Source of the DNA: Histomonas meleagridis 2922-C6/04-290x
Taxonomy: Eukaryota > Protista > Parabasalia
DNA length: 64,000 nt
Direction: 5' to 3'
NCBI GenBank assembly: GCA_020184695.1
Contig: JAANOX010000134.1
Span: forward strand, 186,001-250,000
The position numbers were made by a program, and so were the translations under genes. Within the stretch, counting starts at the first letter, position 1. Each line of letters begins with the position of its first letter. This document shows, piece by piece, positions 12,518 to 23,400 of the stretch. The notes beneath the pieces are model-generated. The model saw only the letters and a program-made list of their open reading frames with translations. It was not told the origin of the DNA and did not search any database.

Positions 12518-13672
12518 TTATAATTCGTTTGGCATTTTATCTTTATCAATGTTAACCTTTAATCCAATATCTGCATTTTCCATGTTTTCCTTCTTTTGTT
12601 GTGCCTTTGCGTATGCAATCCTTTCTCCTTCTTGGATACTATTGAACGTTTCTTCCATCATTTTCTGTGCATATTCGAAGTCGTCTGTCACAAGAATATT
12701 ATCCCAAATTGATCCTGAAACGTCTTGTGAAACGTCAATTCCGACATAACATAAGTCTTCGGGCTTACCAAAATAAACGTCGGGATCATACTCAGGATTA
12801 TTTATCATTTTAGGTTTCCATTCGCCACGAAATGCAGGATTCGGGATGCGGCGCGGCGTCCATTCGCTTCGGTACTCTGGATTAGCAACGAGCGGCGGAG
12901 TCCAAATGCCATTGATCGCATCATCCCAATCTGTCGGCCGTGTGGCTGTTTCATCGGCAATAAATTGCGGGATTTCTTTGTTAAATTCGGGTGAAATGTC
13001 ATCAGGATCTTCGATGCTTTCGCGCTCTTCCCAATCTTTAGGTTTGACTTCATATGGATCAGGAATATAACGAGGCTGACAATAGCCAAACGCTTCTTCA
13101 AGAGTACTTTCAATATCTGTGAAATTGTCTTTAAGCATTTTGTACGTTTGATTGGAATAAATTATTAATGTGTAAACATGTGTGAATTGATCATTAAATG
13201 CTAATATAGGTTCATACGTTTTATATTCTGTACGATTACGTGAAATACGAAAGTCAAGATGACGGCGATCCCAACCTCGAAAATCTGGGCCAAAAAGAAT
13301 ACGATATGGTGACTTTCGTGAAAATTGTGTGGGATTAAATGTTGAAGGCAAAAGTTTAAGATACGCTTGGCCATGCTCAATCTTGTTCTCAAGTTTTAAT
13401 GAAAATTGAAAAATTAAATCTTTCCCTGTGGTATTAAAACACTGTTTGAATTTAGATGAAATAAGATACTCGCTGCCATCATCAACTGTTTGAAGACCTC
13501 GTTGTAATCTTCGGTTATAATAATAAGATCCTGCTGAAACTCGAAATCTTCCTAAATGTTGACCTGGTGATACTCTTGATGATTTAATCCAACGCTTTTC
13601 CCATCCACGATCAAACCTTTCCTCAAAATATACTTCTGAGAAAATTAGTTTCCAAAATATGAAGGAAAACAT
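12518..13672 (-). CDS. Calreticulin-family ER lectin chaperone
   Basis: VYFEERF...W..RW..S, ILFGPD, P-domain repeats IPDP...KPKDW / RPTDWDD...G.W.PP..ANPEY.GEW, C-terminal NEL. Likely start is MFSFIFW at 13672. Confidence 0.9.
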   Translation of the reverse strand: MFSFIFWKLIFSEVYFEERFDRGWEKRWIKSSRVSPGQHLGRFRVSAGSYYYNRRLQRGLQTVDDGSEYLISSKFKQCFNTTGKDLIFQFSLKLENKIEHGQAYLKLLPSTFNPTQFSRKSPYRILFGPDFRGWDRRHLDFRISRNRTEYKTYEPILAFNDQFTHVYTLIIYSNQTYKMLKDNFTDIESTLEEAFGYCQPRYIPDPYEVKPKDWEERESIEDPDDISPEFNKEIPQFIADETATRPTDWDDAINGIWTPPLVANPEYRSEWTPRRIPNPAFRGEWKPKMINNPEYDPDVYFGKPEDLCYVGIDVSQDVSGSIWDNILVTDDFEYAQKMMEETFNSIQEGERIAYAKAQQKKENMENADIGLKVNIDKDKMPNEL

Positions 13673-13757
13673 TAAATAAAAAATTATTATAATTAAACGT
13701 TCACTGAAACAAATGCAAAGAAACATAAAAATCAAAAAGGATGAAGAATCAAAAGAA

Positions 13758-13955
13758 ATGATTCCAAACAACACACCAGAAAAATCACAAATAGAATTAG
13801 TTCTGAAAGAAAGGGATGAAATACGGAAATTAACTGGAAGTTATGACAAAAAGAAAGAAACACAAAGAATACATACCATTGTCAAGATATCTATGTACAC
13901 TTTTGGTGCAATCTTCGTTTTCTTTTTTGTTTTGCATCAAAAAGGTTATTTCTAA
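13758..13955 (+). CDS. Small putative tail-anchored membrane protein
   Basis: Short ORF (alternative start 13713) with a C-terminal hydrophobic helix ISMYTFGAIFVFFFVL. Head-to-head with calreticulin. Confidence 0.4.
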   Translation: MIPNNTPEKSQIELVLKERDEIRKLTGSYDKKKETQRIHTIVKISMYTFGAIFVFFFVLHQKGYF

Positions 13956-14143
13956 TTTGTTCAAAATTTTATAAAACGAGAATACTTATATTGCTTACAG
14001 TTTTCATTTTTTTTACATCACTAAAAATGTTAATAATAAGCCAAAATAGGATGTTTTTTTTTTACAATATTTTGATTTTATGATTTTTTTGTAGATAATT
14101 GCGTAACTAACTTTTTACTTAAATAATTACATAAGAAAGCATT

Positions 14144-14434
14144 CTAGGTTTTACACATATCTTCTGTGTACATTGATAAATCTGGAAGTTGTTCAGCAAT
14201 ATCAGAAAATCCAAGTTCATTTAATGCTTTTATAACGCCACCAGAATCTACGTATTGTTTTGGATGTTCTGAGAAATCTAATCCAGCTAGTGACATTAGC
14301 TCCACGAATTCAGTAACAACACTTGTTAATATTTCGCAACCTGATGAACTAATTTTCACTGGTTGATCTCCTAAAGCTTTCTTTGCAAGTCTCTTGACTC
14401 TTTTTGCATTAAAAGTTTTTTCTTCTGTTGACAT
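14144..14434 (-). CDS. Histone-fold protein, NC2-beta/Dr1 (NF-YB-like) family
   Basis: RVKRLAKKAL...VKIS...EIL...VTEFVELMS...VIKALNELGF matches the H2B-like histone fold of Dr1/NC2-beta. Confidence 0.7.
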   Translation of the reverse strand: MSTEEKTFNAKRVKRLAKKALGDQPVKISSSGCEILTSVVTEFVELMSLAGLDFSEHPKQYVDSGGVIKALNELGFSDIAEQLPDLSMYTEDMCKT

Positions 14435-14599
14435 AAGATTTTGTTTAAACGGCCTCTAATAAACGGCCGAAAACTAAAAAGCAATTTTCTGCTTGGAAAA
14501 AGAATAAAATATTGCTGCATCATTGTCAAAAAAGTATAAACAACAATCCAGTTTATTAATAGATTAAAAGAAGGAAAGGAACAATTTATCTAATGATAA

Positions 14600-15334
14600 T
14601 TAATTTTGCCTCTGCATTGAAGCAATAATCTTCATTTGTTCAAGTTGCCGTCTGTATGTGATTAAATCAAATGTCGAAATCCTTTTTCTGTGTAAAAGAG
14701 TATGCAATGCAATTAAATATGCGCAAAAAACTTCACCGCCAAGTAGCATAACAAGAAACAGCGATAAAAAGACATATGCAACTGGCTTAGAAACAACACT
14801 GCCATAGAATTCAGAAGCATTTTGGAGAAGTTCTCCATCTTTGTATTCATTTCCCATTATCACATATATGCATAAATATGTTGAAAATATACATGAAATC
14901 ATTAGAAAATATACGGCACTCAAAAACAGTGCGTAATTTTCCTTTGTAACGCAGTTGTTCAAAAAAAAGCAATGATGATCAAAGTTCAATCTGCAAATGT
15001 TGCAGCACCTACAGTGTTTACATCTGAAATAAACATACTTGTTGCAATGCTTACAAACGAAACCATGCGATTTTGGATCATTTTGTGGATCAATATATGC
15101 AGATTCATGTTTGCAAGATGCCGCAATAAGAAGCAATGTATTATATATCACGAAGATAATACAATAAGGAATAGTAATACCGATTCTATATCCGGGAGTC
15201 AATGTGGGAAAAATTAGAGTGAAGTATAATACTATTTCTGCTAAAAAAGCCACCCATGATAGGACTTGTTCGTAGTGCAATGGCAATGTAAATCCATTTC
15301 TTTGTGGTTGATCATAATGGTTTTTCTTCCTCAT
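14600..15334 (-). CDS. DHHC palmitoyl acyltransferase
   Basis: CKHC...KHCRCCNICRLNFDHHCFFLNNCV, flanking TM helices, and a C-terminal STF motif. Confidence 0.93.
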   Translation of the reverse strand: MRKKNHYDQPQRNGFTLPLHYEQVLSWVAFLAEIVLYFTLIFPTLTPGYRIGITIPYCIIFVIYNTLLLIAASCKHESAYIDPQNDPKSHGFVCKHCNKYVYFRCKHCRCCNICRLNFDHHCFFLNNCVTKENYALFLSAVYFLMISCIFSTYLCIYVIMGNEYKDGELLQNASEFYGSVVSKPVAYVFLSLFLVMLLGGEVFCAYLIALHTLLHRKRISTFDLITYRRQLEQMKIIASMQRQN

Positions 15335-15559
15335 TCAAGCTTGTAATAAAAGTGACTCGAGTACTTTTTCAGAGAAACGTTCAACTTTTTTATTGCTTTA
15401 TTTTCAAATAACGTCTGCAAGTTTTAATTAAAAGCATTTGGACAAATTTTTATAAATTATTATTATATTTAAGCAAAAGGGAACACCGAACAAAATTCAA
15501 TAACTAATCCTTAACTATAAGCTTATTTTGAAGTTAAATGAAATATTTCATTCAACAAT

Positions 15560-16050
15560 TATCAGCTGATGTTTTTATAAATAAAGCAATTCATGAGATT
15601 GGTTATTTCATATAAGGTAAGATATTTATACGTGCATATTAATTTTTTGAAATTTTGTAATACGTTGTACTTGATTCATAGTGAACATGAATACTTGTGA
15701 GCTATTAACATGCTCAGTATTTCGAAGCTGTTTTGTACAATTTTACAATTGTTTTTTCTTATGTATTTTTACATACGCAATATTTACTGAATTTACTTTC
15801 TCTTCAATCAGTTTCACTCTTTTATTGTAATTATGTTCAGATACTTCTATAAGAGCTGTATCAAATGCATCGATTAAATTCCAAATATAATATCAGCAAA
15901 TATCAAATATTAAAAACAACAAACTAATATTTTTCGTATTAATATCAATTTTATGTTTTTCAAGAAAAAAGCAAAATAAATAAATGTTTATAAATTTACA
16001 TACTAAAAGCAAAAATAAGTTATAAACCGATTGAGAAAATCCAAATTGAC
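15560..16050 (-). pseudogene. Orphan degenerate ankyrin-block/spacer relic
   Basis: Reads FLEKHKIDINTKN, then a 69-nt spacer (15860-15928) with TGG 24 nt before the next block, then TALIEVSEHNY. Further decayed TA-like block starts lie near 15731 and 15572. Confidence 0.55.
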
Positions 16051-16298
16051 AATCATTTTATTAATAGATTTAAAAATTTTATTTAAAGCAAAGATTTTAA
16101 TACTTCTTTCTCATAAATATTAAAAAGTTTATATAAAAGTGAACGAACCAATACTTTCTGTTTATTATAATCGTTTTGTACGTTAAAGAAGCTCACTCAA
16201 TATATTCTATGTGTGCTCCTAAAGTTGGAATTTGAACTAAAATCCTTTGCTAGCAAAAATTCACCACAAAAAGTGAGAAATGGCTGACCACATTTTTC

Positions 16299-18266
16299 AT
16301 GTCTAACGACACAAGAACAACGCTTGAAGATCTTGAAATTTCAAGATTCTTCTTTGCTCCATCATTTGAAGTTTATGGTGGTGTTGCTGGTCTTTATGAT
16401 TTTGGGCCAGCTGGTTATTCAATAGAAAGAAATTTACTCAAACGTTGGAGGGAACATTTTGTCATTGAAGATGACATGGTTGAAGTACGTTGCTCTGCTC
16501 TCACACCATATAAAGTTCTCCAAAGCTCAGGACATACAGCTAAATTTGCAGATTTAATGGTTACAGATACTGTTAATAAGCAACTTTATCGTGCAGATCA
16601 ATTAGTTGAATCCGTGCTCAACCAAAGAATTGAAAAATGCAAAGATCCAAAAGAAAAAGCACAAATGCATCATGACTTATCACTTGTATCAGATCTTCCT
16701 AAGGATGACCTTGATGCAATGATAGAGAAATACCAAATCAAGTCACCTGATGGCAATCCACTTTCTAAATCAGTTCCATTCAATTTAATGTTCAACACAT
16801 TAATCGGACCAGGTGATCGTGCAATCCCAGGATTCCTTCGTCCAGAGACAGCACAAGGCATTTTTGTTAACTTCCCAAGATTATTTGACTTCAATCGTGG
16901 CAAATTACCATTCGCATGTGTTCAACAAGGTGTTTCATACCGTAACGAAATTTCACCTCGTAATGGTCTTGTCAGGTGCAGGGAGTTCATGATGGCTGAA
17001 ATTGAGCATTTTGCTGATCCAGAAGCATTAGATGATTTTCCAAAATTTGAAACCGTCCAAGATCTTAAAATTGCTTTTCTCTCAGCTCAACGCCAAGATG
17101 AGTCTGAGGATGATGAACCAGAAGCAGTTTTAATGACACTTAAGGAAGCTCATGATCAGAAGATAATTCCACATAGAACCATTGGTTACTACATTGGTAG
17201 AACTTACATCTTCATCACTGATTGTGGCATCAAGCCAGAGTTTATCAGATTCCGTCAACATCGTCAAAATGAGAAAGCACATTATGCTCGTGATTGTTGG
17301 GACCTTGAAATCAAGCTTCCATCTTGTGGCTGGCTTGAATGTGCTGGTATTGCAGATCGTCAATCCTTTGATCTTACCCGCCATGCCCAAGCAACAGCCA
17401 AAGCTGGTGAAAAGGAAAACCCACAAATGAGAGTTCAAGTACGCCTTCCGACACCAATCCAACAAGTCAAGGTGTCCATCATCCCCAACAAGGCAGTCCT
17501 TGGCAAAACTTTCAAGGCCGCAAGCAAGTCAATAACCGAAGCCATGGAGAACGTTAGCGAAGAAGAAGCAGAAAAAATTTTCGCACGTTATGAAACCGCC
17601 GAGAAGATGATCGGGGGCACCCCAAAGAAAGGCAAAGAAAACGAAGCAATTTCCAAGCTTAGCCCAGAAGACAAAGCTAAGTTCGACGAGCTTACAACCA
17701 ATGAGTTTGCAGGACAGAAGTTAGGTTATGGTATGTACACATGCAAGAAAGAAACTATTACTATTCATAATCGATCATTTATTCCAAACGTTATCGAACC
17801 AAGTTTCGGTGTTGGCCGTATAATAACAGCAATCCTCGAACACTCATTCTATCTTCGTGAGGGTGGATTACGTAGAGTTCTTAGATTGAAACCATTTATT
17901 GCACCATACAACTGCGTTGTTCTTAGACTCAGCAGCAAGCTCGTCCCAGAGAAGTTTGCTACTGAAGTTAGACACTTACTTCGTAGGGCCAATCTGACAC
18001 ATATATCTGATGACTCAGGTGTTTCAATTGGTAAGCGCTATGCAAGAACAGATGAGCTTGGTATTCCATTCGCAATTACTTTGGATGATAAAACAGTTGA
18101 AGATGGAACTGTCACATTACGTGAGCGCGATAGCTTACAGCAAGTTAGACTTTCAATGCAAGACGCAGTGAAAGAAGTCGCTGCAATGACATCAGGATTT
18201 GAGTCGTGGGAGCAAATTCACGATAAATATCCAGCTGTAAACCCACCAAAAGATGAAAATGAATAA
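16299..18266 (+). CDS. GARS1: Glycyl-tRNA synthetase (eukaryotic alpha2 type)
   Basis: YGGVAGLYDFGP, LRPETAQGIFVNF, YRNEISPR.GL.R.REF.MAEIEHF, VIEPSFGVGRI and IGKRYARTDELG. Confidence 0.98.
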   Translation: MSNDTRTTLEDLEISRFFFAPSFEVYGGVAGLYDFGPAGYSIERNLLKRWREHFVIEDDMVEVRCSALTPYKVLQSSGHTAKFADLMVTDTVNKQLYRADQLVESVLNQRIEKCKDPKEKAQMHHDLSLVSDLPKDDLDAMIEKYQIKSPDGNPLSKSVPFNLMFNTLIGPGDRAIPGFLRPETAQGIFVNFPRLFDFNRGKLPFACVQQGVSYRNEISPRNGLVRCREFMMAEIEHFADPEALDDFPKFETVQDLKIAFLSAQRQDESEDDEPEAVLMTLKEAHDQKIIPHRTIGYYIGRTYIFITDCGIKPEFIRFRQHRQNEKAHYARDCWDLEIKLPSCGWLECAGIADRQSFDLTRHAQATAKAGEKENPQMRVQVRLPTPIQQVKVSIIPNKAVLGKTFKAASKSITEAMENVSEEEAEKIFARYETAEKMIGGTPKKGKENEAISKLSPEDKAKFDELTTNEFAGQKLGYGMYTCKKETITIHNRSFIPNVIEPSFGVGRIITAILEHSFYLREGGLRRVLRLKPFIAPYNCVVLRLSSKLVPEKFATEVRHLLRRANLTHISDDSGVSIGKRYARTDELGIPFAITLDDKTVEDGTVTLRERDSLQQVRLSMQDAVKEVAAMTSGFESWEQIHDKYPAVNPPKDENE

Positions 18267-18739
18267 ACACTAAAAAGCATCAGTTCTTCATGACAATTCG
18301 CTCAACAACGAAAAGTTGCTCCAGCTCTTTTCCTATAGAGAGAAAATTTGCTTATTCAACAAGGAGACCGTTTAATACAAACATTTTCAAAACGCCCAAA
18401 CCGTAACTTCAGAAGCTTTTTGTGTTTTGTTTTTTCGGCGCTTAACTTCTTCAGCTTTAGTGTACATGTTAAACGCATTGTCGCTTTGGATGTAGTGGCG
18501 CACATTTAATGAGTTCACGCAGAACAATCAAATTGCGATGCGCACTTTGAGCATTCATTCGCCTGTGAATTCTTCAGTAGTTCGAACATGCTGCGGCAGG
18601 TCAACATCTCTGGGTGCAATTACCACAGCACCAAATCAACTATCGGTTTTAATAAACTATTCAAATATCTTTTTCAATGATTTACTCACAGCTCTAAGTC
18701 ACAGAACCAAAACGAATAAACATCACACCATTCTTTAAC

Positions 18740-19201
18740 TCATCTTCTTCTAGCGCACCACATTCTCGGCGCTTCATTGAATCTATCTCCTGGGTAATCT
18801 TTTCTTTGTCTATATCTATCGTTGTATTGTATTTCTCTCATAAATCTCTCATCGTATAAAGGCCTCTCTCTTTCTACTCTATAACAATAATCGTCATTTC
18901 TATGTTCATATCTCTCATTCTCATCTTTATAATTTGGTGCTTTTGGTCTTCTGCCAGCACTTTTGATGTAAATCTTTCTTCCTTGTAATTCTGCGCCATC
19001 GAATCGTTGGATTATTTTATCAGCCGTTTCTTTATCGCCAATTGTTATAAACCCATAACCACATGACGCTCCGTTCCGTGTCGGGATCTTTACGCCTAAG
19101 ATTTTCCCACACTCTGAAAACTCTTCCATAAGTTCGCGCTCTGTGGTCCGGAAGTTAATGTTACCAATATAAAGTTGGATTCGGTGTTCTTTGTCTTCCA
19201 T
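18740..19201 (-). CDS. Single-RRM RNA-binding protein with Arg/Tyr/Asp-rich tail
   Basis: RNP2 LYIGNI and RNP1 CGYGFITI. Likely start is MEDKEH at 19201. Confidence 0.85.
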   Translation of the reverse strand: MEDKEHRIQLYIGNINFRTTERELMEEFSECGKILGVKIPTRNGASCGYGFITIGDKETADKIIQRFDGAELQGRKIYIKSAGRRPKAPNYKDENERYEHRNDDYCYRVERERPLYDERFMREIQYNDRYRQRKDYPGDRFNEAPRMWCARRR

Positions 19202-19281
19202 TTTCGGAGTATATACAAAATTTGGCACTTTTGATTGGACGATCACTCATTAAATGTTTATGGAAGTTGTCTTAGAAAAAA

Positions 19282-20166
19282 CTATTTGAAGAGAATTTCA
19301 TGTCGAGAATTAATGGAGGAGGAGACCTCATTAAATTTGCTCCAATCTAATGCGTTGTGGTGCATTTGATGCATTTGTGATGCATGATGTTGAGATGCAT
19401 TGTCAAAATGCTTCTTACAAATATAACAATAATTATGATCTGGTGGGCCAAATTTAATGACGCGTGGTTGCTCAGTGGCTGCCTTCTTACATTCTTGTAT
19501 GAATTGTGTGGGATTTTCTGGTATTGGATCAAACGGTGAAAATGTATAATCTTGTGGAACTGGTCCAAGGTGAAGTTTGGGAAGTTGCTTAAAGGCGGAG
19601 TGTATTGGCCGAAGTCGTCCTTTCGTATCTGCAACAACAATTTGTAAATTTGATGAATCATCACTTGAAGATTCTTCATCATCTGTTAGGTTAATTGGAA
19701 TGGCCAAATCTGTAGTAATTGATTTAGTAGTGGCCCATGGAATTTGCTCTAATAAAATATTCCTTTGTTGTGGAATACGTTGAAAAATTGATTTTAAATT
19801 TCGAGTTCCAACACTATTTCTAGCAGGGGATTGCCTAATAGGCATCCTTTTAGTCGAAATAATGTAATCTGCAAAGTCAGGAACATTATCAACAATTTTT
19901 GCACCAGCTTTAGTTAATGAATCCCGAACAGTTTGTTTTTCCTCCTCATCCTCTATTGAAACATATACCGAAGAATCTTTGAATAAGTTTCTAGATATGA
20001 CTTGTGGATATTGTTTCACATTTGGTGACGAAATTTTACTAACAGGCGATAAATGCAGCCCTTTATGATTACTTTTAATAAGTAATTCAACTGGGTAATT
20101 GTTCGCATTCATCCTGGAGGCGAAAACAAAACAGTGAATTTCCTCGACGGTTTCTAAATCTGGCAC
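19282..20166 (-). CDS. Putative Dbf4/ASK-like protein (BRCT-like N motif, DBF4-type zinc finger)
   Basis: N-terminal VYVSI...LTKAGAKIV...DYIIS, central LVVAD..G.LRPI, and C-terminal YCYICKKHFDNASQHHASQMH. Confidence 0.65.
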   Translation of the reverse strand: MPDLETVEEIHCFVFASRMNANNYPVELLIKSNHKGLHLSPVSKISSPNVKQYPQVISRNLFKDSSVYVSIEDEEEKQTVRDSLTKAGAKIVDNVPDFADYIISTKRMPIRQSPARNSVGTRNLKSIFQRIPQQRNILLEQIPWATTKSITTDLAIPINLTDDEESSSDDSSNLQIVVADTKGRLRPIHSAFKQLPKLHLGPVPQDYTFSPFDPIPENPTQFIQECKKAATEQPRVIKFGPPDHNYCYICKKHFDNASQHHASQMHQMHHNALDWSKFNEVSSSINSRHEILFK

Positions 20167-20492
20167 AAATATTTGCTCTCAAATATCAGGCGATAGGGAT
20201 ATAAACTCTCAAAAATTGATGCATTCCTCTTAATCTCCAGCAATTGTGAACTCACTTTGGTTTTAAATTGAAATTTTCTAATTCTCAATTGAGAATTGGT
20301 TAATCCACAGTTGAATTTTAGCAATATTTATTTGGTTTCTTTGGCTTAATTTAAAATATTTATAATAAGTTTTTAGTTTGATTATCAAAAATGAGATTTA
20401 AACATATGAAAAACGAATTAAATTTCATTTCTTATTATTCCTAAAAAAAAAAAAAAACAAAAAATTAATTATGTATTTTATCAATAATGTCA

Positions 20493-23400
20493 TTATTCAT
20501 TTGAGAATTCGATTAACTTCTTCAGGATGGCCTTTTCACTTCTATCCCCACTTACCAATCTTTCGAAGTCAGCACCTTTAAACATTGTTGCTTGTTGTTT
20601 CATTTTGCCCAAATCGAAGTGTGTCACGCTGTTATTCCATCTTTCGCAATGTTTCTCCACGATAAGCAAACACATAATTGCAGCCTTATGTGCCAACTCA
20701 TTATCACTTTCTTTATTCATCATTTGTAAACAAAATGATGATATCATAGATAAAGGCAAAGGTTTATCTTTATCTTTTATGTTATTTCTCCATTCTTCAC
20801 CTATCAATGGATTATCTAAAATATTTTCAATATCACTCATTCTATTGATTAAGAAAAGTGCCGATGTCAAAAGCTCTGTCACTTTTTTAGGCACATCGTC
20901 GCTTACGTTTCCGTGAATCATAATACGCCATTCCGCGTCATTAGCGAACCGTTTGAAAAAGAAAAGAAATTTGTTCCAAAATCCTAAATTCTTTAAATCA
21001 ATTATATAAGATTTAGGATAAGCTGAAATAAAACGAGTGAATTCTATTAAGAATTCTATACCAATCATATTAATATTACCAGAATAATCTAAAATATTAA
21101 AAATTTGTGTTTGATATTCATTAAATAACATTAAAAGTTGTAAATGAAGTATTTCACTTTGATTATACATTAATTCAATTGTTGATAAAAGTTGTAATAT
21201 TAAAATTCCCATTTTAATTTGATTTTCATGTAATTGTCTTAAGTAGTTCACAACTTTACACCAAAAGTGCTCGTTTGACAGTTTTTTAATAATTCCTTCT
21301 TCAATAAGTATTTTTCCTATTTTATGGTCATTTAATATGAATTTAGTAAATAAACTACATTTAGAACTTATATTAAATGAAGAAAGTTTTGGATCTTTTT
21401 CAAAATTATCCCAATCATTATCTATACTTTGAATTAATAAATTAATAAATTTTACAAGTTGAATATTATTAATAAATGGAATAATAGATTCAAACGAAGA
21501 TAATGAAATACTTTGTAATATCGGATATTCACTATTTGAATCTCTAATAATTGAATTAAAAATTTGTTGATGTAAAATCTCTATCGTCTTGTTTAAATTC
21601 TCAAATTTATTTGAATTCGATTTGATCATCGCCGATATCACAGAATTTAATAACGAATAAATGCCGATCAACGATAGCGTGTGATTAATTTCTGACAAAT
21701 ATGAAATATCATTTAATATTAAAATCAAAAGGTTTTCTATTTCTTTCATATTATACCCGAATATATTTTGATTAAATATGAATTTACCGATAATTGCGCA
21801 AGAATCACTTAAAGGCTTTGTAAGTTCTATTAATTTATTATTATTATTAAAAGATATCAACGTTTGAATTTTCTCCAAAATTTGTATTAACAAAGCGCAC
21901 CAAATTGTATTCCATTGCAAAGGTTGTTCTTTCATATAATCGATAGCAGGTTTAGAGTTAAAATATGCAATTATTATATCATTTAAACCTTTAGCTATCC
22001 ATATTGAATTCTCATTAACGTTAATTCTTTCAACGAAATCCAACAACAAAATTGTTCTTTTAGCTTCATTCACATAATAATATATTGAATCGCTATGTAA
22101 ATTCATTTCTGGTTCCATCAATTCTTTAAATATTTTAATTGTAGTACCATAAGAAGTATTTAAAGTATTTATAGCTTCACGTGATAATATTTGTAACATA
22201 CAACCTATAGCTCTAATTGAAGATTTCGGATTACGTAAATATTGTAATTGTGTGATGAAGAATGATTGACGAGATTCAGATAATATTTTTAATACTGAGT
22301 TAATAGTTAAAGAGTTTTCACATTCTAATAATATTAATTGGAATGATAAATCGACAAGTTGTGGATAATTAAAATGTGTTTCTGGTTTACATAACATTAT
22401 CATTAACTTATTAATAATTCCTTTTTCTAAATTCGAATTGATAATAGATTGTGGTGGATTATGTTGATCAAAACCACAAACATGACGTACGAAATATGAC
22501 GATGCACCTAAATTAATAAATATTCGTAATAAGAAACATCGGACATTAGTATTTGTATTATCATAAATTATATTATTATAATTAGGATTTTTAATTTCGG
22601 GCTCTTTCTTGTTTAATATATTCATACAGACTTGAATAGCTTTAGCTTGTGGCTTTGTTAAAAAGATTTGAACTATTGTTGGTGAAAATTTACATAAATA
22701 TTCAATTAATTGTAAACATGTGATTTGGAAATTACTTTCATATGATGTTGCACATATTAATACTTTAGATACTGCGTCAGAATTCCATGAGATTTGATTA
22801 ACTAATGTCTCAGTACAAGGACGAGAAGTTTGATGAGAATATAATAAGAAATCTTTCTCATAATGTAATAATAATAAAAATAACTTTAAGATGGAATGCA
22901 TTACTTCAAGTGGTATAGCATCTTCTAATATAAATGAGATTAATTGTGATATAAAATCTTGTTTCTCAATCGCTGTTCTAAAGATTGATTCACAAATCTT
23001 AAATCGATCATTTTTTAGAGGATATTTAGCTGAAATTGCTGATATCCAAAATTTACATAATTCTAAAATGATTTTCCATTTAGTGTCGGGATATATATAA
23101 TCAAATGAAGCTAAATAACAAAAGATTTCTTCATATAATAATCGTTGGATTATTGATATTTCATTTTTAGGTAAAAATCCTTTGTTAAATTGTTCTGTAA
23201 AGAAATGTGCAATTGCTTGTGGTATATTAAATATATGATCTGGCGCTTCTATTTTATGAATATCAGTTATAATTCCATCTTTGTTTTCAAAGTTTTCTTT
23301 TGTGATTAATGGCCATGTTTCAAGTTGTGGCCAAAAATTTAATGGCATTGATGATAAAAGATTTAAACATTCAGCTTTAAGTGATGCAGGTATCGGAGAA

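Noticed and set aside
18480-18600. 5.8S rRNA-like words
   Set aside because: Only scattered short similarities, with no collinear match and no flanking rDNA.
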